Source: Chiloscyllium plagiosum (taxonomy: Eukaryota). Taken from it: a stretch of DNA of 64,000 bases. The stretch is from the NCBI RefSeq assembly GCF_004010195.1, contig NC_057720.1:5971273-6035272 (forward strand), in the 5' to 3' direction. A model generated the notes under the pieces. It made no database searches. It saw nothing but the letters and a program-made list of their open reading frames with translations, and was not told where the DNA came from. Position numbers and translations under genes: made by a program. Below, in pieces: positions 62,127-64,000 of this stretch. Position 1 is the first letter of the stretch; the number at the start of each line of letters is the position of its first letter.

Positions 62127-62340
62127 GGCAGAAGTGGGTACTGTAGATGCTGGAGATCAGAGTCAAGATCAGAATGGTGCTGGAAAAGCACAGCAGGTCA
62201 AGCAGCATCTGAGAAGCAGGAAAATCGACATTTTGGGCAAAAGCCCTTCATCAGGAAAAAGGGCTTTTGCCAGAAACATTGATTTTTCCTGGTCCTCGGA
62301 TGCTGCCTGACTTGCTGTGCTTTACCAGCACCACTCTAAT
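62127..62340. mobile_element. Family-A hairpin mini-element nested in a CR1 remnant
   Basis: AGTATAGGC at 62121-62129 and 62347-62355; inverted arms meeting at the hammerhead motifs. Confidence 0.83.
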
Positions 62341-63299
62341 CCAGACAGTATAGGCCTAAACTGCTCAAACTCTCCTCATAAGATAGACTTTTGATCTTTT
62401 TGGGTGTACCTACACCACAGGAACTGCAGTGTTTCAAGAAGGCAGCTCACCACCACCTTGACAAGGGGTAATTAGGGATAGGCACTGAATGCTGGCTCAG
62501 CCAACGATATTTCATGAATGAATTTAAAAGATAATGGTGCCTGGTGGGTAGGCCACTCCTGGACCTTCTCACCAGGGTGTTAATTAGGGTAGAGACTGGA
62601 AAGTGGTGGAGGTCTCACTCACCACTCTCCCCAGCACCTTTGGGGGTAGGGAATATTTGTATCGTTAGGTTTTGCAAAGTAAAGTCCACTGCAATCAAAT
62701 CCTACCCTGTCCGCAATTACACTCCAGACAATGCCACTGGACTGTGATCAGGGAGAGAATCCTGCACGGAGTTACTTTCCCTTCATCAGTTGGAGGAACA
62801 GCAAGGCCAAAGATCTCAGTCTTTACCGTTACCCAAACCGATATCAGATCACTCAAAACAGAAAGAGATCAGAGAACCATTGACTAATACAACATGGTGC
62901 AGGCCATTCAGCCCATTGACAGGCTCTTTTGAAGAGAGGGCAGTTAGGACAATATACCATTCATTTGCTGTAGCTCTGCAACCTTTTCTCCTTAATGTAT
63001 TTACCCAATTGCTTTTTTTAAATCTGCAGCTCTCATACAATTGGGTAGCACATTTCAAATACTAAGCATTTTTTGGAAAGAAAAGGTTTTTTTAAATTTT
63101 TTTTGGCCAATCACATTAGGTATATGGTTCTGGCTATCTAACCTTCAACCAATAGCAACTGTATCAATACCAATGCCATTGTGTTTTTATAAATATCAAT
63201 AGCAGAAACTGTAAGCACTTTACCATGCCTTAATTAAACTTGGTGGAATAGACAGAAGAGATCCAAGCACCAGAACCTATGGACTGAGCTGTTTCAGAG

Positions 63300-63640
63300 A
63301 TAAACAAAGAGAATTCAATGCAGAATGTTAAACAGAGAAAGAATGAGAAATAGGAGCAGAGAAAGAGTGGCAGAGAGAAAGAGACAGAGTGTGAGAGAAA
63401 CCATTCATGAGAAAAACACAGAACAGCAAAGAAAGTGCAGCAGGGAAAGAGAGAAATGTAGGCAACGAAAGAGAGAAAGATCGAGAGTGTAATGGTGAGA
63501 CAAGAGCAGAGAATGACTGGCAGCAGAAGGGAAAAGAGGGAAAGATATACAGTAAGGAGGACAGAAACAGTGACAGAGAGAGTGAAAGAATGAGAGAGAG
63601 AGAGAGACAGCGAAAGAAAGAGAGAGAGAGAAACAGAGAG
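63300..63640. repeat. GA-rich low-complexity tract
   Basis: Directly visible. Confidence 0.93.
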
Positions 63641-64000
63641 GTAGAACTAGAATTCCAGCTGTGTAATGAACTGACCGGGAGATGGAAAAATCTCAGCTTT
63701 CCCACTGCTCCCTGACAGAAGACTGACATTCTCTAGCAGTGAGAAAATGAGCTCAGGTTTGTTCCACAGGAAAACAAATTTATTTTATGAAAGCAGAGCA
63801 GTAAGTGCACTCACGAAGCCTCACGATTTCCCCCGCTCAACAACACTCATATTCTTTATGTAACGTGAGAGCAGTTCATGAACAATCTGTCATTTTGTTT
63901 GCAATTTCTGAAACCCTGGTAATCTCATTTTACCCACTCAGCCCCCAATAGGTAAGTGCTTTATAATATATTTTCAGGTAATTGCAATCTAGTGCCATGA

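Noticed and set aside
63328..63729. Arg/Glu-rich and Leu/Ser-rich ORFs
   Set aside because: Translations of a GA-rich tract

Overview
Repeat-dominated vertebrate non-coding DNA (intronic or intergenic) with three assembly gaps and no confidently identifiable host gene. The repeat content (HE1/V-SINE-like tRNA SINEs with CR1-derived tails, many CR1 fragments, DeuSINE-like remnants) points to a cartilaginous fish, probably a shark (inference). It also holds Rex1/Babar and L2/CR1-group LINE ends, two solo-LTR candidates, a Tigger-like MITE, and 33-bp and 28-bp minisatellites. The strongest signal is a dense population of Penelope-like element (PLE) insertions from about five families. Their terminal repeats carry minimal type-I hammerhead ribozyme motifs (CUGANGA-stem II-GAAA-NN-UH) whose stems covary between families. 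Many copies are 90-250 bp non-coding inverted or hairpin insertions bounded by 8-18 bp target-site duplications (TSDs). Hammerheads in PLEs are an established phenomenon; the family diversity, ORF/ribozyme overlap and chimeric insertions here merit checking. Several TE-free AT-rich islands look like conserved non-coding elements, and one holds a candidate 21-nt microexon paired with a perfect 15-nt downstream inverted repeat. Repeat boundaries are approximate unless a TSD is given, and family names come from motif recognition, not database searches.
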